Assembly: GCA_963786935.1 (NCBI GenBank)
Contig: CAWBAN010000003.1
Span: 352,001-416,000 of the forward strand
DNA length: 64,000 bases
Reading direction: 5' to 3'
Source: an uncultured bacterium
Lineage (GTDB): Bacteria; Krumholzibacteriota; Krumholzibacteriia; Krumholzibacteriales; Krumholzibacteriaceae
The translations under genes and the position numbers were made by a program. Within the stretch, counting starts at the first letter, position 1, and each line of letters begins with the position of its first letter. The notes under the pieces are model-generated. The model saw only the letters and a list, made by a program, of their open reading frames with translations. It searched no databases and had not been told where the DNA came from. This document shows, one piece after another, positions 39,392 through 49,424 of the stretch.

Positions 39392-40488
39392 TGGACGCGC
39401 AGCGAAAAGCCGAGCGGGCACGCCCGATTCGAGTCGTCGTCGGGGAGGATTCGCCTCTCATCCGGACGATGATCGTCGAGGCGCTCGAAGGCGATCCCGA
39501 GATCGCGGTCGTCGGGAAATGCGCGGACGGCCGCGCGGTCCTCAAGAGCGTCGCGGAGCTCAAGCCCGACTGCGTCACGCTCGATCTCGACATGCCGCGC
39601 ATGAACGGTCTCGAAACGCTCCGGTACATCATGAGCGAATGGCCGACGCCCGTCGTCATCGTGAGCGGATACACGGCCGAGGGCGCGAATCTCGCGCTCA
39701 CCTGCCTCGAATACGGCGCCGTCGATTTCATCACCAAGACGTGCGGGGGGAACCGGTTCCCCGCGGACGAGCTCGTCGCGAAGGTCCGGGGCGCCGCCGG
39801 CGTCGACGTTCGGCGGATGCGGTTCGCGGCCCCGGGGATCGACATCGGGATCAAGCGGCGGAGAACCCGCGCGTCGTCTCTCGGCGCGGTCGTCGTGATC
39901 GGGGCGAGCACGGGAGGGCCGCAGGCGCTCATGGATATCATTCCGCGGCTGCCCGCCGATCTTCCCGCGGGGGTCGTCATCGTGCAGCACATGCCCCCGA
40001 ACTTCACGGCGTCGCTCGCGGAGCGGCTCGACGGCCGTTCGCAGATCGAGGTGCGGGAGGCGATCGAGGGGGACGCGATTCTGGCCGGCCGCGCGCTCGT
40101 GGTGCCCGGCGGCATGCATCTGTTCCTCGAGGAGCGGGAAGGATTTCCCTGCGTCATGCTCCTCGGCAAGAACACCCTGCAGCGCACGGCGTGCCCGTCG
40201 ATCGATTTCACCATGACGTCCTTCGCGCCGATCTTCCGGGAACGGCTCATCGGCGTCGTCCTCACCGGCATGGGGCGCGACGGATCGGCGGGGTGCGCGG
40301 CGATCCGCCGGTACGCCGGGCGCGTGCTCTGTCAGGACAAGGAAACGAGTCTCATTTTCGGGATGCCGGGGAGCGTGATCGCGGACGGGCTCGCCGACGC
40401 GGTCAGCCCGCTCGACGGGATCGCGGAGGCGATCGTCCGCCGTACACGCGAAATCGTTTCAGGGGAGTGCGTGCATGAACGTGAGTGA
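39391..40488 (+). CDS. cheB: Chemotaxis response regulator methylesterase CheB
   Basis: REC domain plus GASTGG, VQHMP, PSID, LTGMGRDG and FGMP motifs. Confidence 0.95.
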   Translation: MDAQRKAERARPIRVVVGEDSPLIRTMIVEALEGDPEIAVVGKCADGRAVLKSVAELKPDCVTLDLDMPRMNGLETLRYIMSEWPTPVVIVSGYTAEGANLALTCLEYGAVDFITKTCGGNRFPADELVAKVRGAAGVDVRRMRFAAPGIDIGIKRRRTRASSLGAVVVIGASTGGPQALMDIIPRLPADLPAGVVIVQHMPPNFTASLAERLDGRSQIEVREAIEGDAILAGRALVVPGGMHLFLEEREGFPCVMLLGKNTLQRTACPSIDFTMTSFAPIFRERLIGVVLTGMGRDGSAGCAAIRRYAGRVLCQDKETSLIFGMPGSVIADGLADAVSPLDGIAEAIVRRTREIVSGECVHERE

Positions 40489-42187
40489 TTACAAGGATCT
40501 CTATATGAGCGAAGCCGAGGAGGCGCTCCAGGCGCTCGAGAACGGGCTCGTCGGTCTCGAGAACGCGGCGGAGCCGCTCCCGGCGATCAACGATCTCTTC
40601 CGGCACGCGCACAACCTCAAGGGGAATTCGGGCGCCATGGGGTACGAAGAGGTGGTTGAGGCGAGCCACGCGCTCGAGAACGCACTCGACGGTCTCCGCC
40701 GCGGGGGAGAGGTCACCACGGCGAAGATCGGCTGCATGCTCGGCGTCGCCGACATACTGAAGAAGCTCGTCAAGTGCGCGGTGGGGGACGGCGGGGACGC
40801 CGGCGCCGCCTCGCCGGAAGCGGCGGGCGCGGACGAGCGCCCCGAAGCGAAAAGCCCGCGGAGCGCGGAGCTCCTCGGCGAAGCGCTCGTGCTGCTCTCG
40901 CGCATCTCCGATGGCCCCGCCCGGGCGGAATCCGTCACGCGGCCGGTCTCCACGCCGGAGACCGGATCGGATTCGACCGGGATTCTGGGCCATCGCATCA
41001 CGTCGACCAAGGTGGAGCTCGAGCGGCTCGATCGGATCATGGATCTCGTCGGAGAGCTCACGATCAGCCGGATCAGGCTCAGCGCGACCGCGAGCGACCT
41101 CGGCTCGAAGCCGCTCGTCGACGAGCTGGCGCTCTCGTGGCGGCTCATCTCGCAGATCCAGAAGGAGGTCATGGAGGCGCGGCTCATTCCCGCGGGCCAG
41201 ATCTTCCAGCGTTTCAACCGGCTCGTGCGCGACGTTTCGCACGAGCGCGGGAAGCGGGTGAAGCTCGAGATCGCGGGGGCCGACATCGGTCTCGACCGCG
41301 TCGTGCTCGAGAGCATGGTCGATCCGCTCGTGCATCTCATCCGGAACTCGATCGATCACGGGATCGAGGCGCCGGCCGAGCGCGCGGCCGCCGGCAAGCC
41401 CGAGGAGGCCGTCATCGTGCTGAGCGCCCGGCGCGAGCGGAACAACGTCGCGCTCGAGGTCTCCGACGACGGACGCGGCATCGATCTGGACAAGGTCGCG
41501 CGCGCCGCCGCCGCCGCGGGAATCGGCCGGAGCAAGGCCGCCGATCTCACCGAGGAGGACGTCTGCCGCATCATCACGACGGCGGGATTCAGCACCGCCG
41601 ATTCGGTCGACACGCTCTCGGGGCGCGGCATCGGCATGAACATCGTCAAGAAGACGGTCGATTCGCTCGGCGGCTCGATTCGCGTCCGGACCGCGCGGGG
41701 CGCGGGGACGACGTGCACGCTGCTGCTCCCGATCAACCTCTCGATCATCAAGGCGCTCCTGTTCTCGGTCGGGCCGGACGTTCACGCGCTCCCGATCGAG
41801 TACATCAAGAAGACGAACCGGTTCGAGCAGGGCTCGCTCAAGACCGTGCGGGGGGATCTCGTCCTGCCGACCGACGAGGGCGTCATTCCCGTCGTCATGC
41901 CGAGCGACATTCTCGGCGTGGCGTTCGAATCGGGAGACGGACGCTACGCGAAGGTCATCGTCGTCGATACGGGCGCGCGGCGCATCGCCGTCGTCGTGAA
42001 CGGGATCATCGGCCAGCAGGACATCGTTATCAAGGCTTTACCGCCGCTCTTCAGAGGCTTGCGGGGGATATCGGGCGCAACGGTTCTCGGAAGCGGCAAA
42101 GTGGCGTTCATCTGGGATCCACACATCCTCTTCGAAGGAAGGTGCACGTATGAGTCCGATCAAGCGGCCGTCGTTTCTGAGAATTGA
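40475..42187 (+). CDS. cheA: Chemotaxis histidine kinase CheA (P2 domain apparently absent)
   Basis: FRHAHNLKG Hpt; LVHLIRNSIDHGIE, DDGRGID and GFST...SGRGIGM; C-terminal CheW-like domain. Confidence 0.95.
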   Translation: MNVSDYKDLYMSEAEEALQALENGLVGLENAAEPLPAINDLFRHAHNLKGNSGAMGYEEVVEASHALENALDGLRRGGEVTTAKIGCMLGVADILKKLVKCAVGDGGDAGAASPEAAGADERPEAKSPRSAELLGEALVLLSRISDGPARAESVTRPVSTPETGSDSTGILGHRITSTKVELERLDRIMDLVGELTISRIRLSATASDLGSKPLVDELALSWRLISQIQKEVMEARLIPAGQIFQRFNRLVRDVSHERGKRVKLEIAGADIGLDRVVLESMVDPLVHLIRNSIDHGIEAPAERAAAGKPEEAVIVLSARRERNNVALEVSDDGRGIDLDKVARAAAAAGIGRSKAADLTEEDVCRIITTAGFSTADSVDTLSGRGIGMNIVKKTVDSLGGSIRVRTARGAGTTCTLLLPINLSIIKALLFSVGPDVHALPIEYIKKTNRFEQGSLKTVRGDLVLPTDEGVIPVVMPSDILGVAFESGDGRYAKVIVVDTGARRIAVVVNGIIGQQDIVIKALPPLFRGLRGISGATVLGSGKVAFIWDPHILFEGRCTYESDQAAVVSEN

Positions 42188-42767
42188 CGCCCTGAAGGAG
42201 CTGGGGAACATCGGCGCGGGGCACGCCGTCACGGGGCTCGCGCAGCTCTTGCGGAAGCGGATCGACGTCAACATCACGAGCGTCGACCTCATACCGGTGA
42301 AGATCATCTACAACTTCTTCAACGGCCCCGAGTCGATGGTGTCCGTCGTGTATCTCGAGGGGTACAGCGACGGGTTCCGCGGGATGATGTTCCTCATCTT
42401 CCCGCATCCGGAGGCGACGCGGCTCGTCGAGCTCGCGACCGGGAAGACCCAGATGGACGAGAAGCTGTGGGACGAGTATTCGCTCTCGGTTCTCAAGGAA
42501 ATCGGGAACATCATGTGCGGGAGCTATCTGAACGCGCTCTCCACGTTCGTCCACAAGAAGCTCATGCAGTCGGTGCCGCAGGTGTCTCACGACATGCTCG
42601 GCGCCGTCATGGATTCGGTGCTCGTGGACCTCAGCATGGAGTCCGACTACGCGCTCGTCCTCGAGACCGCGTTCACCCTCAACGGAAACGGTTGCAAGGG
42701 ATTCCTCTTCTTCGTGCCGACGCAGGAATCCCTCGATACGATTTTTGAAGCCATCGGAGTCGATTGA
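42150..42767 (+). CDS. cheC: CheC phosphatase
   Basis: DALKELGNIGAGHA and LKEIGNIM dual E-x2-N motifs. Confidence 0.92.
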   Translation: MSPIKRPSFLRIDALKELGNIGAGHAVTGLAQLLRKRIDVNITSVDLIPVKIIYNFFNGPESMVSVVYLEGYSDGFRGMMFLIFPHPEATRLVELATGKTQMDEKLWDEYSLSVLKEIGNIMCGSYLNALSTFVHKKLMQSVPQVSHDMLGAVMDSVLVDLSMESDYALVLETAFTLNGNGCKGFLFFVPTQESLDTIFEAIGVD

Positions 42768-42784
42768 ACGAAAGGAGTGTCCCC

Positions 42785-43162
42785 GTGAAACTCAGAGTGC
42801 TCATCGTAGACGACGCGATTTTCATGCGGAAGATGATTTGCGACATTCTCGTCGAGAACGGCATGGAGATCGTCGGCGAGGCCGATACGGGCGCCAAGGC
42901 CGTGGAGAAATTCGCGGAGCTTCGCCCCGATCTCGTGACCATGGACATCATCATGCCCGAGATGAACGGAATCGACGCGGTCCGCAAGATCATGGAGAGC
43001 GATTCGCAGGCGAAGATCGTCATGTGCAGCGCCCTCGGACAGCAGGCGCTCGTGCAGGATGCGATCGCCGCCGGCGCGAAAGACTTCCTCATCAAGCCGT
43101 TCAACGCCGCGCGCGTGGTCGAGGTGATCGCGAAGCTGTTCAACCAAGTGCCGACGGTCTGA
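42785..43162 (+). CDS. cheY: CheY response regulator
   Basis: Single REC domain: VDDAIFMR, TMDIIMP, CSALGQ, KPF; AAGGAG RBS before GTG. Confidence 0.93.
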   Translation: MKLRVLIVDDAIFMRKMICDILVENGMEIVGEADTGAKAVEKFAELRPDLVTMDIIMPEMNGIDAVRKIMESDSQAKIVMCSALGQQALVQDAIAAGAKDFLIKPFNAARVVEVIAKLFNQVPTV

Positions 43163-43185
43163 CGGTCCGGTGAAAGGACAGGGAC

Positions 43186-45060
43186 ATGCCCGAACTGAGG
43201 GATGAAGAACGGAAAGTTCTCCTCGGATTCGCCTCCCGCGTCGAGCGGAACGACCCCGGTGCGCTCAACAACCTCGGCGTCGTCTATTTCCGCAAGGGGA
43301 TGTACGAGGAGGCGATGGAGCAGTTCAAGGAAGCGCTCAAGGTCGATCCGAAGTTCGATCTGGCGCGGGAGAACCTCCGCTACGTGTTCGCGGAGACGGG
43401 TCTCGAGGACGCGGACGTCCGCCACTGGCGCGACGAGGTGACGCGCGATCCCGAGAACTTCGAAGCGATGCTGCGCCTCGGCGTGAGCTATCAGAACATG
43501 GGGCGATTCCGCGAGGCGGCCGCGATCCTCGGCGCCGTCGTCGAGAAGAACCCCGAGCATACGATGGCGCGGTTCCATCTCGCCATCACGCTCCGGGCGC
43601 AGGGGCTCCACCAGCAGTCCCTCGAGCATTACACGTACATCGGCCAGCACTTCGCGAAGTCGGCCGTCTTTCACACCGATCTCGGCGAGGTGCTCTACAA
43701 CCTCGGCCGGACGGACGAGGCGATCGCCGAGCTCAACGCGGCGATCAAGCTCGACGCCGATTACTGGCGGTCGCATTTCCTCCTGTCCTTCGCGTACGGG
43801 GACAACGGCCAACTCCAGGAAGCGCTCGAGGAGAGCCGCGTGGCCTCCCGCCTCAATCCGTCGTTCCAGAACGCCGAGGCGAATCTCGCCCTTTCCGACG
43901 CCGGCACGGGCGCCGCGGGGGAAGCGGCGAGGAACGGCGCGGGCAAGGAGGCCGCGAGCCTCGAGAGCACGTCGTTCACCCTCGGCATGGCGTACCGCGA
44001 GCGCGGGTTCATGAAGGAAGCGCTCAAGGAGTTCCAGAAGGCGCTCGGCGACATGTCGGACTGCGACCGCGTCCATATCGAGATCGGCAAGATTCATATC
44101 GGGGAAGGCTCGCTGGCCGCCGCCGCCGAGGCGTTCCTCAGGACGCTCGAGGCGAATCCCGAAAACGTCGAGGCCTTCCGTCTCCTCGGGTGCGTGTATC
44201 ACCTGCAGGGATCGTATTTCGAAGCGGGGCTCTGCTATCTCCAGGCTTTTCGGCTCAACTCAGCCGACGCCGACACGATGAACAACCTCGGCGTGCTGCT
44301 CTACCAAACGGGCCTCAAGGAAGAGGCCGAGCGGATGTTCAAGAAGGGGCTGAACCTCAAGATCTACCACCAGGAGCTCAATTACAATTTCCTGACCTGC
44401 CATCTGCATAAGGAAGAGTACATGATGGCGGAGAATCTCATCCAGCGCTTCGAGGCGTTCATGGGGAAGAGCCCGCTCCTCTACGAGAAGCACGCGATCC
44501 TCAATTACAAGATGAACCGCCTCACGCTTGCGCTGTTCGATATCGAGAGCGCACTCTCGCTCGACAAGAATCACAGCGACGCGCTCTATCTCAAATCGCT
44601 CATCTGTCTCCGCGAAGAGGATTTCCAGGGCGCGATCAACGCCGTGCTCGAGGCGGCGAAAATCTCGCCGATATACACGGGTCTCGGGTTCTTCCTCGCG
44701 ATGGACGAGCGCCGGCGCACGAATCCGGCGAAGATTCCCGCGCAGATGGCGGGAGAGCCAGGCGACGAGCTCGTCGAGCTGCTCCAGTGCGGCATCGCGC
44801 GGAGATTCGATAAAATCAAGGAATCGCTCATGTCGGTCGTCGAATTGGGTTTGAAGAAGATCGGCGAGAAGGGCGCCGGCGCCCCCGCGAAGCCGGGCGG
44901 CACCGCCGCGAAGCCGGGCGGCGCCCCGGCGAAACCGGGAGCGGCCGCCGGCGCCGCGTCGGCCGGGTCGAAACCTGCGCCGTCATCCGCGGACGATTCA
45001 ACGGAGGCGCTCATCGAGGCGCTGTCCGATATCGCCGTCGAAGAGGATGATCGGTCATGA
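43186..45060 (+). CDS. Multi-TPR protein in the che operon
   Basis: Repeated ALNNLGVVYF-type TPR units; C-terminal AKPGG repeats and an acidic tail. Confidence 0.85.
   Translation: MPELRDEERKVLLGFASRVERNDPGALNNLGVVYFRKGMYEEAMEQFKEALKVDPKFDLARENLRYVFAETGLEDADVRHWRDEVTRDPENFEAMLRLGVSYQNMGRFREAAAILGAVVEKNPEHTMARFHLAITLRAQGLHQQSLEHYTYIGQHFAKSAVFHTDLGEVLYNLGRTDEAIAELNAAIKLDADYWRSHFLLSFAYGDNGQLQEALEESRVASRLNPSFQNAEANLALSDAGTGAAGEAARNGAGKEAASLESTSFTLGMAYRERGFMKEALKEFQKALGDMSDCDRVHIEIGKIHIGEGSLAAAAEAFLRTLEANPENVEAFRLLGCVYHLQGSYFEAGLCYLQAFRLNSADADTMNNLGVLLYQTGLKEEAERMFKKGLNLKIYHQELNYNFLTCHLHKEEYMMAENLIQRFEAFMGKSPLLYEKHAILNYKMNRLTLALFDIESALSLDKNHSDALYLKSLICLREEDFQGAINAVLEAAKISPIYTGLGFFLAMDERRRTNPAKIPAQMAGEPGDELVELLQCGIARRFDKIKESLMSVVELGLKKIGEKGAGAPAKPGGTAAKPGGAPAKPGAAAGAASAGSKPAPSSADDSTEALIEALSDIAVEEDDRS
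44881..44943 (+). repeat. Three imperfect 21-bp tandem repeats encoding (A/T)(P/A)AKPG(G/A)
   Basis: GCCCCCGCGAAGCCGGGCGGC / ACCGCCGCGAAGCCGGGCGGC / GCCCCGGCGAAACCGGGAGCG. Confidence 0.8.
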
Positions 45061-46186
45061 CCATACAATCGTCGATCAAGGAGCTGGGGCTGTTCGATCT
45101 CTTCCAGCTGCTCCATATCAACAAGAAGACGGGACGTCTCATCGTCACCGACGGTCCCGACGGCAAGGAAGCGCAGATCATATTCCGGAACGGCGACACG
45201 TGCTTCGCCGTGATTCACGACCGGGTTCCGAAACCGATCTCGGCGCTGCTCGCCGACTGGGGGGTCATCGACGAGGGCTCCGTCGCGCGGGTCGAGAACG
45301 CGCTGCCGAAATATCCGACGCTCGTCGATTGCCTCGAGGGGGAGCATATCGCCGCCCGCGGGCACCTCGAGAACTTCCTCGCGAACTGCATTCGAGACTG
45401 CATCTACGAGATCTTCAAATGGGACCGCGGCGAATGCCGTTTCATCGAGGAGGAGATCGACCAGCGCCGCGACATCGTCATTCCGCTCAACACGGAGAAC
45501 CTCATCCTCGAGGGCGCCCGCCGGATCGACGAATGGTCGAACATCAGCGGCAAGGTGCCGTCGCGGCACTCCATCTTCAAGCTGAGCGCCGTCGGCCAGG
45601 ACGGGCAGCGCCTCAACTTGAAGCCGCGCGAGTGGGAGATCCTGTCGCTCATCGACGGGAAGCGCTCCGTCAAGGAAGTGAACGACGCGGTCGGCGGAGA
45701 CCTCTTCTCGACGAGCAAGCTCATCTACGGTCTCGTCGTGATGGGGGTCATCGAGCTCGTCAACGCGGAGACCGCCGCCGCTCCCGGAGGGGGGGGACCG
45801 AGGGACGCCTCGAGGATTTTCTCCGGAGCGGCCGCGAGCATTACGGCAGGCTCAATCTCGAGGGGGCGGCCGCCCAGTTCGAGAAGGCGGCCCAGATCGA
45901 TCCCGAGTGCTTCGAGGCGCTCCGCATGCTCGGCGAGATCTACTACAAGACGGACAAGCTGAGCGAGGCCCTCATCTACCTCACGAAGGCGCGCGCGCTG
46001 CGCCCGGATAACCAGAAGGCGATGTTCATCACGGGGTACCTGCACGCGCGCCTCGGCGACGTCGCGAAGGCGATCGGCCAGTGGGAGGAGCTCAAGGAAG
46101 TGAGCACCAACCCGCAGATCGTCGAGCTCGTCACGAAGAAGCTCGAGCTCGCCCGGCAGTGGGAAAAGGTGCTCCAGGAATATTGA
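45057..46186 (+). CDS. DUF4388 (PATAN-like) domain protein with C-terminal TPRs; -1 frameshift at G8 run 45789-45796
   Basis: IQSSIKELGLFDLFQLL...KKTGRL, W..G.C.F and LILEGARRIDEW motifs; TPR C-terminus (EGAAAQFEKAAQIDPE...) continues in the 45047..46186 frame. Confidence 0.8.
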
Positions 46187-46319
46187 GCGCCGCCCGCCCC
46201 ACGAATCGCGCCCGGATCGCCCGCGCCCCCCGCGATTCCCCATTGTCGAACTCCCTTCGGGAGTGTTATGTTCCGGATTCAAGACCGTTCGAGGCACGGC
46301 TCCCGAAGGAGGTTCGTTC

Positions 46320-48491
46320 ATGCGCGCGAGACTCACTGCGCTCCTGTTCGCCGCGGTCGCGGCGGCCCTTCCCGCGATGCTCCTCGCCGACGAGGGGATG
46401 TGGCCGATCGACAATCTCGACAAGCTCGACTGGAAGGCACTGCAGACGATGGGCCTGCAGCTCTCGGGGAAGCAGATCTACGATCCGAGCGGGGGCGGCG
46501 TCGCCCGCGCGATCGTGAGCCTCGGCGGGGGCACGGGTTCGTTCGTGTCGGCGAACGGGCTCATCCTCACGAACCATCACGTCGCCTTCGGCGCGCTCCA
46601 GCGGACGAGCACGTCCGAGCACAACTACATCGCCGACGGCTTCAACGCGGCGAGCTACGAGGAGGAGATCCCGGCGCCCGGATACCGCGCCTCGGTGCTC
46701 CTCTCGATCGACGACGTGACGCGGAAGGTCCTCTCGGCGGTCAACGACAGCATGGGGGACGTGGACCGGTTCAACGCGATCGAGAAGCGGATCAAGGAGA
46801 TCGTCAAATACGGCGAGGAGGGACGCGACGTCGAGTGCCGCGTCGTTTCCTCTTACGAAGGGATGCAGTACAAGCTCTTCACCTATCTCGTGTGCAAGGA
46901 CGTCCGGATCGTCTACGCGCCGCCCGCTTCGATCGGCAACTACGGCGGCGACATCGACAACTGGATGTGGCCGCGCCACACGGGGGATTTCTCGTTCCTC
47001 CGCGCGTACGTCGCCCCTGACGGGAAATCGGCCGAGTACGCGAAGGAGAACGTACCGTACCGGCCGGCCGTGCACCTCGCCATGTCGACGAAGAGCCTCA
47101 AGGAAAACGACTTCACGATGATCATCGGCTATCCCGGCAGGACGAGCCGCCACGCCACGTCGTACGCGGTCGCCCAGATGCAGGAGTACTCCTACCCGAA
47201 GCGGATCGCGATGTTCAAGGACTGGCTCGCGATTCTCGGCGAGGAAGCGAAGCGCGGCGAGGACGTCGAGATCAAGGTCGCGCAGTTCGACCAGATGCTC
47301 AACAACTCGATGAAGAACTGGGAGGGGATGCTCGAGGGATTCAAGAAGGGAGGCCTCCTCGAGAAGAAGCGCAACAGCGAGCAGGCCTTCACGAAATGGC
47401 TCGAGATGAGCCCCGACATGAAGCAGAAGTACGGCGACGTGCTCCCGGGCATCGCCGCGCTCTACGAGGAGCAGAAGAGCTACCGCGACAAGAACATGAT
47501 CATCGGCCAGATGTATTTCGGATGCCAGATGCTGCGCGCCGCCAACACGCTCGAGCGCTGGTCCGAGGAGAAGACGAAGGCCGACATCGAGCGCAAGCCC
47601 GGCTACCAGGAGCGCGACGTCCCGCGGCTCAAGCAGGGCCTCCGGATCATCCAGATGAGCTACGATCCGCAGGTCGACCGCCGGGTGCTGCGGTATTTCC
47701 TCACGCTCGCGGCGGAGCTGCCCGATAACCAGCGGATCGCGGCGGTCGACGCGGCGCTCGAGGGGGCGAAGGGCCCCGAGGCAGGGAAGCGGATCGACGC
47801 GCTCCTCGACGCCCTCTACGCGGGGACGAAGCTCGGCTCGCCGGACGAGCGGCTCCGGCTGTTCGATCTCTCGCGCGACGATCTGCTCAAGCAGGGGGAC
47901 TCCTTCGTCGATTTCGCCGTGAAGCTCGGCGTCGAGTCGCGCGCGATCGAGGAGAAGGAGAAGGCCTCCCAGGGCGCCCACCAGCGCTTCGGCGCGCGCC
48001 TCATGGAAGCGCTCATGCTGTGGAAGGGCGGAAACGTCTATCCCGACGCGAACGGCACGATGCGCCTCACCTACGGCACGGTGAAGGGCTACCGCCCGCG
48101 CGACGCCGTTTCGTACGCGTACATGACGACGCTCGCCGGCGTCGTCGAGAAGCACACGGGCGTGGAGCCGTTCGACTGTCCGAAGGAGCTCCTCGCGCTG
48201 CGCGAGGGCATGGACTTCGGCGCGTACGAGGACGCCGCGCTCGGCGACGTGCCGGTCGATTTCCTCTCGACGTGCGACATCACGGGCGGGAACTCGGGCA
48301 GCCCGATCATGAACGGCAAGGGCGAATGCATCGGCGCGGCGTTCGACGGCAACTACGAGAGCATCTCGTCGGACTACCTTTTCATCAAGGAGACGACGCG
48401 GTCGATCAACGTCGATTCCCGCTACATCCTCTTCATCATGGACAAGATGAGCGGGGCGCGGCGGCTGCTCGACGAGATGAAGGTAAAATAG
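46320..48491 (+). CDS. S46 family dipeptidyl peptidase
   Basis: ADEGMW, GTGSFVS..GLILTNHHV, DNWMWPRHTGDFS and DITGGNSGSP motifs. Confidence 0.95.
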   Translation: MRARLTALLFAAVAAALPAMLLADEGMWPIDNLDKLDWKALQTMGLQLSGKQIYDPSGGGVARAIVSLGGGTGSFVSANGLILTNHHVAFGALQRTSTSEHNYIADGFNAASYEEEIPAPGYRASVLLSIDDVTRKVLSAVNDSMGDVDRFNAIEKRIKEIVKYGEEGRDVECRVVSSYEGMQYKLFTYLVCKDVRIVYAPPASIGNYGGDIDNWMWPRHTGDFSFLRAYVAPDGKSAEYAKENVPYRPAVHLAMSTKSLKENDFTMIIGYPGRTSRHATSYAVAQMQEYSYPKRIAMFKDWLAILGEEAKRGEDVEIKVAQFDQMLNNSMKNWEGMLEGFKKGGLLEKKRNSEQAFTKWLEMSPDMKQKYGDVLPGIAALYEEQKSYRDKNMIIGQMYFGCQMLRAANTLERWSEEKTKADIERKPGYQERDVPRLKQGLRIIQMSYDPQVDRRVLRYFLTLAAELPDNQRIAAVDAALEGAKGPEAGKRIDALLDALYAGTKLGSPDERLRLFDLSRDDLLKQGDSFVDFAVKLGVESRAIEEKEKASQGAHQRFGARLMEALMLWKGGNVYPDANGTMRLTYGTVKGYRPRDAVSYAYMTTLAGVVEKHTGVEPFDCPKELLALREGMDFGAYEDAALGDVPVDFLSTCDITGGNSGSPIMNGKGECIGAAFDGNYESISSDYLFIKETTRSINVDSRYILFIMDKMSGARRLLDEMKVK

Positions 48492-48497
48492 GAATTC

Positions 48498-49372
48498 ATG
48501 GGACTGTTCTTCGCGCTCATGACGGCGGTCATGTGGGCCGCCGCGATCATCTATCTCAAGCGATCGGGGGAGACGGCTCCCCCGTTCGCGCTCAATCTCT
48601 TCCGCGTGGCCCTCTCGAGCGCGCTGCTCGCGCCGACCGTCGTGATCGCGGGGCAGGATCTGTTTTATCCGGCGCCGCTCCGCGATTACCTCATCCTGAT
48701 CGCGAGCGGCGTCGTCGCGATCGCTATCTCCGACACCTTCCTCCTCATGGCCCTGAACCGGCTCGGGGCGGGGATCATGGCGATCGTCGACTGCCTCTAC
48801 GCGCCGTTCGTCGTGCTCTTCGCGTTCATCATGCTCGGCGAGCGGCTCGGGATCGCTCAGTGGGCCGGGATGGCGCTCGTCATCGTCGGCGTGCTCATCG
48901 CGGCGCGCCACGAGCCGCCCCGGGGCACGACGCGGCGGCAGATTCTCGTCGGGAGCCTGTTCGGCGTCCTCGCGATGATGACCGTCGCGTTCGGCATCGT
49001 GCTCGCGAAGCCGGTGCTCGAGCGTTCTCCGATTCTCTGGGCGACGACGATACGGCAGTTCGGCGCGCTCATCGTCATGATCCCCGCCGCGCTACTTCTG
49101 CCCGAGCGGCGCGGGATCTTCGGCCTCTTCCGCCCGATGCGCAGCTGGAAGTACATGGTGCCGGCCACGCTCCTCGGCTCGTACCTGGCGCTCATCTTCT
49201 GGATCGGGGGAATGAAATCTCGCTCGCGGGTCCCGCGGCGATTCTCAACCAGACGAGCTCGATCTACGTCCTCATCTTCGCCTCGATCTTCCTCAAGGAG
49301 CCGTTCACCGCGCGGAAGGTCGTCGCCTCCGTGCTCGCGATCGCCGGCATCGCGATGGTGACGCTGGGCTAG
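48498..49372 (+). CDS. DMT/EamA family transporter; -1 frameshift near 49218
   Basis: Two EamA repeats; the last helices (SLAGPAAILNQTSS...FLKE) lie in the frame ending at 49372. Confidence 0.85.
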
Positions 49373-49424
49373 GGGGGAGAGGCGCCGCGCCCGCGGCGGC
49401 GTCGATCAGGCGGCCGCGCCGGCA

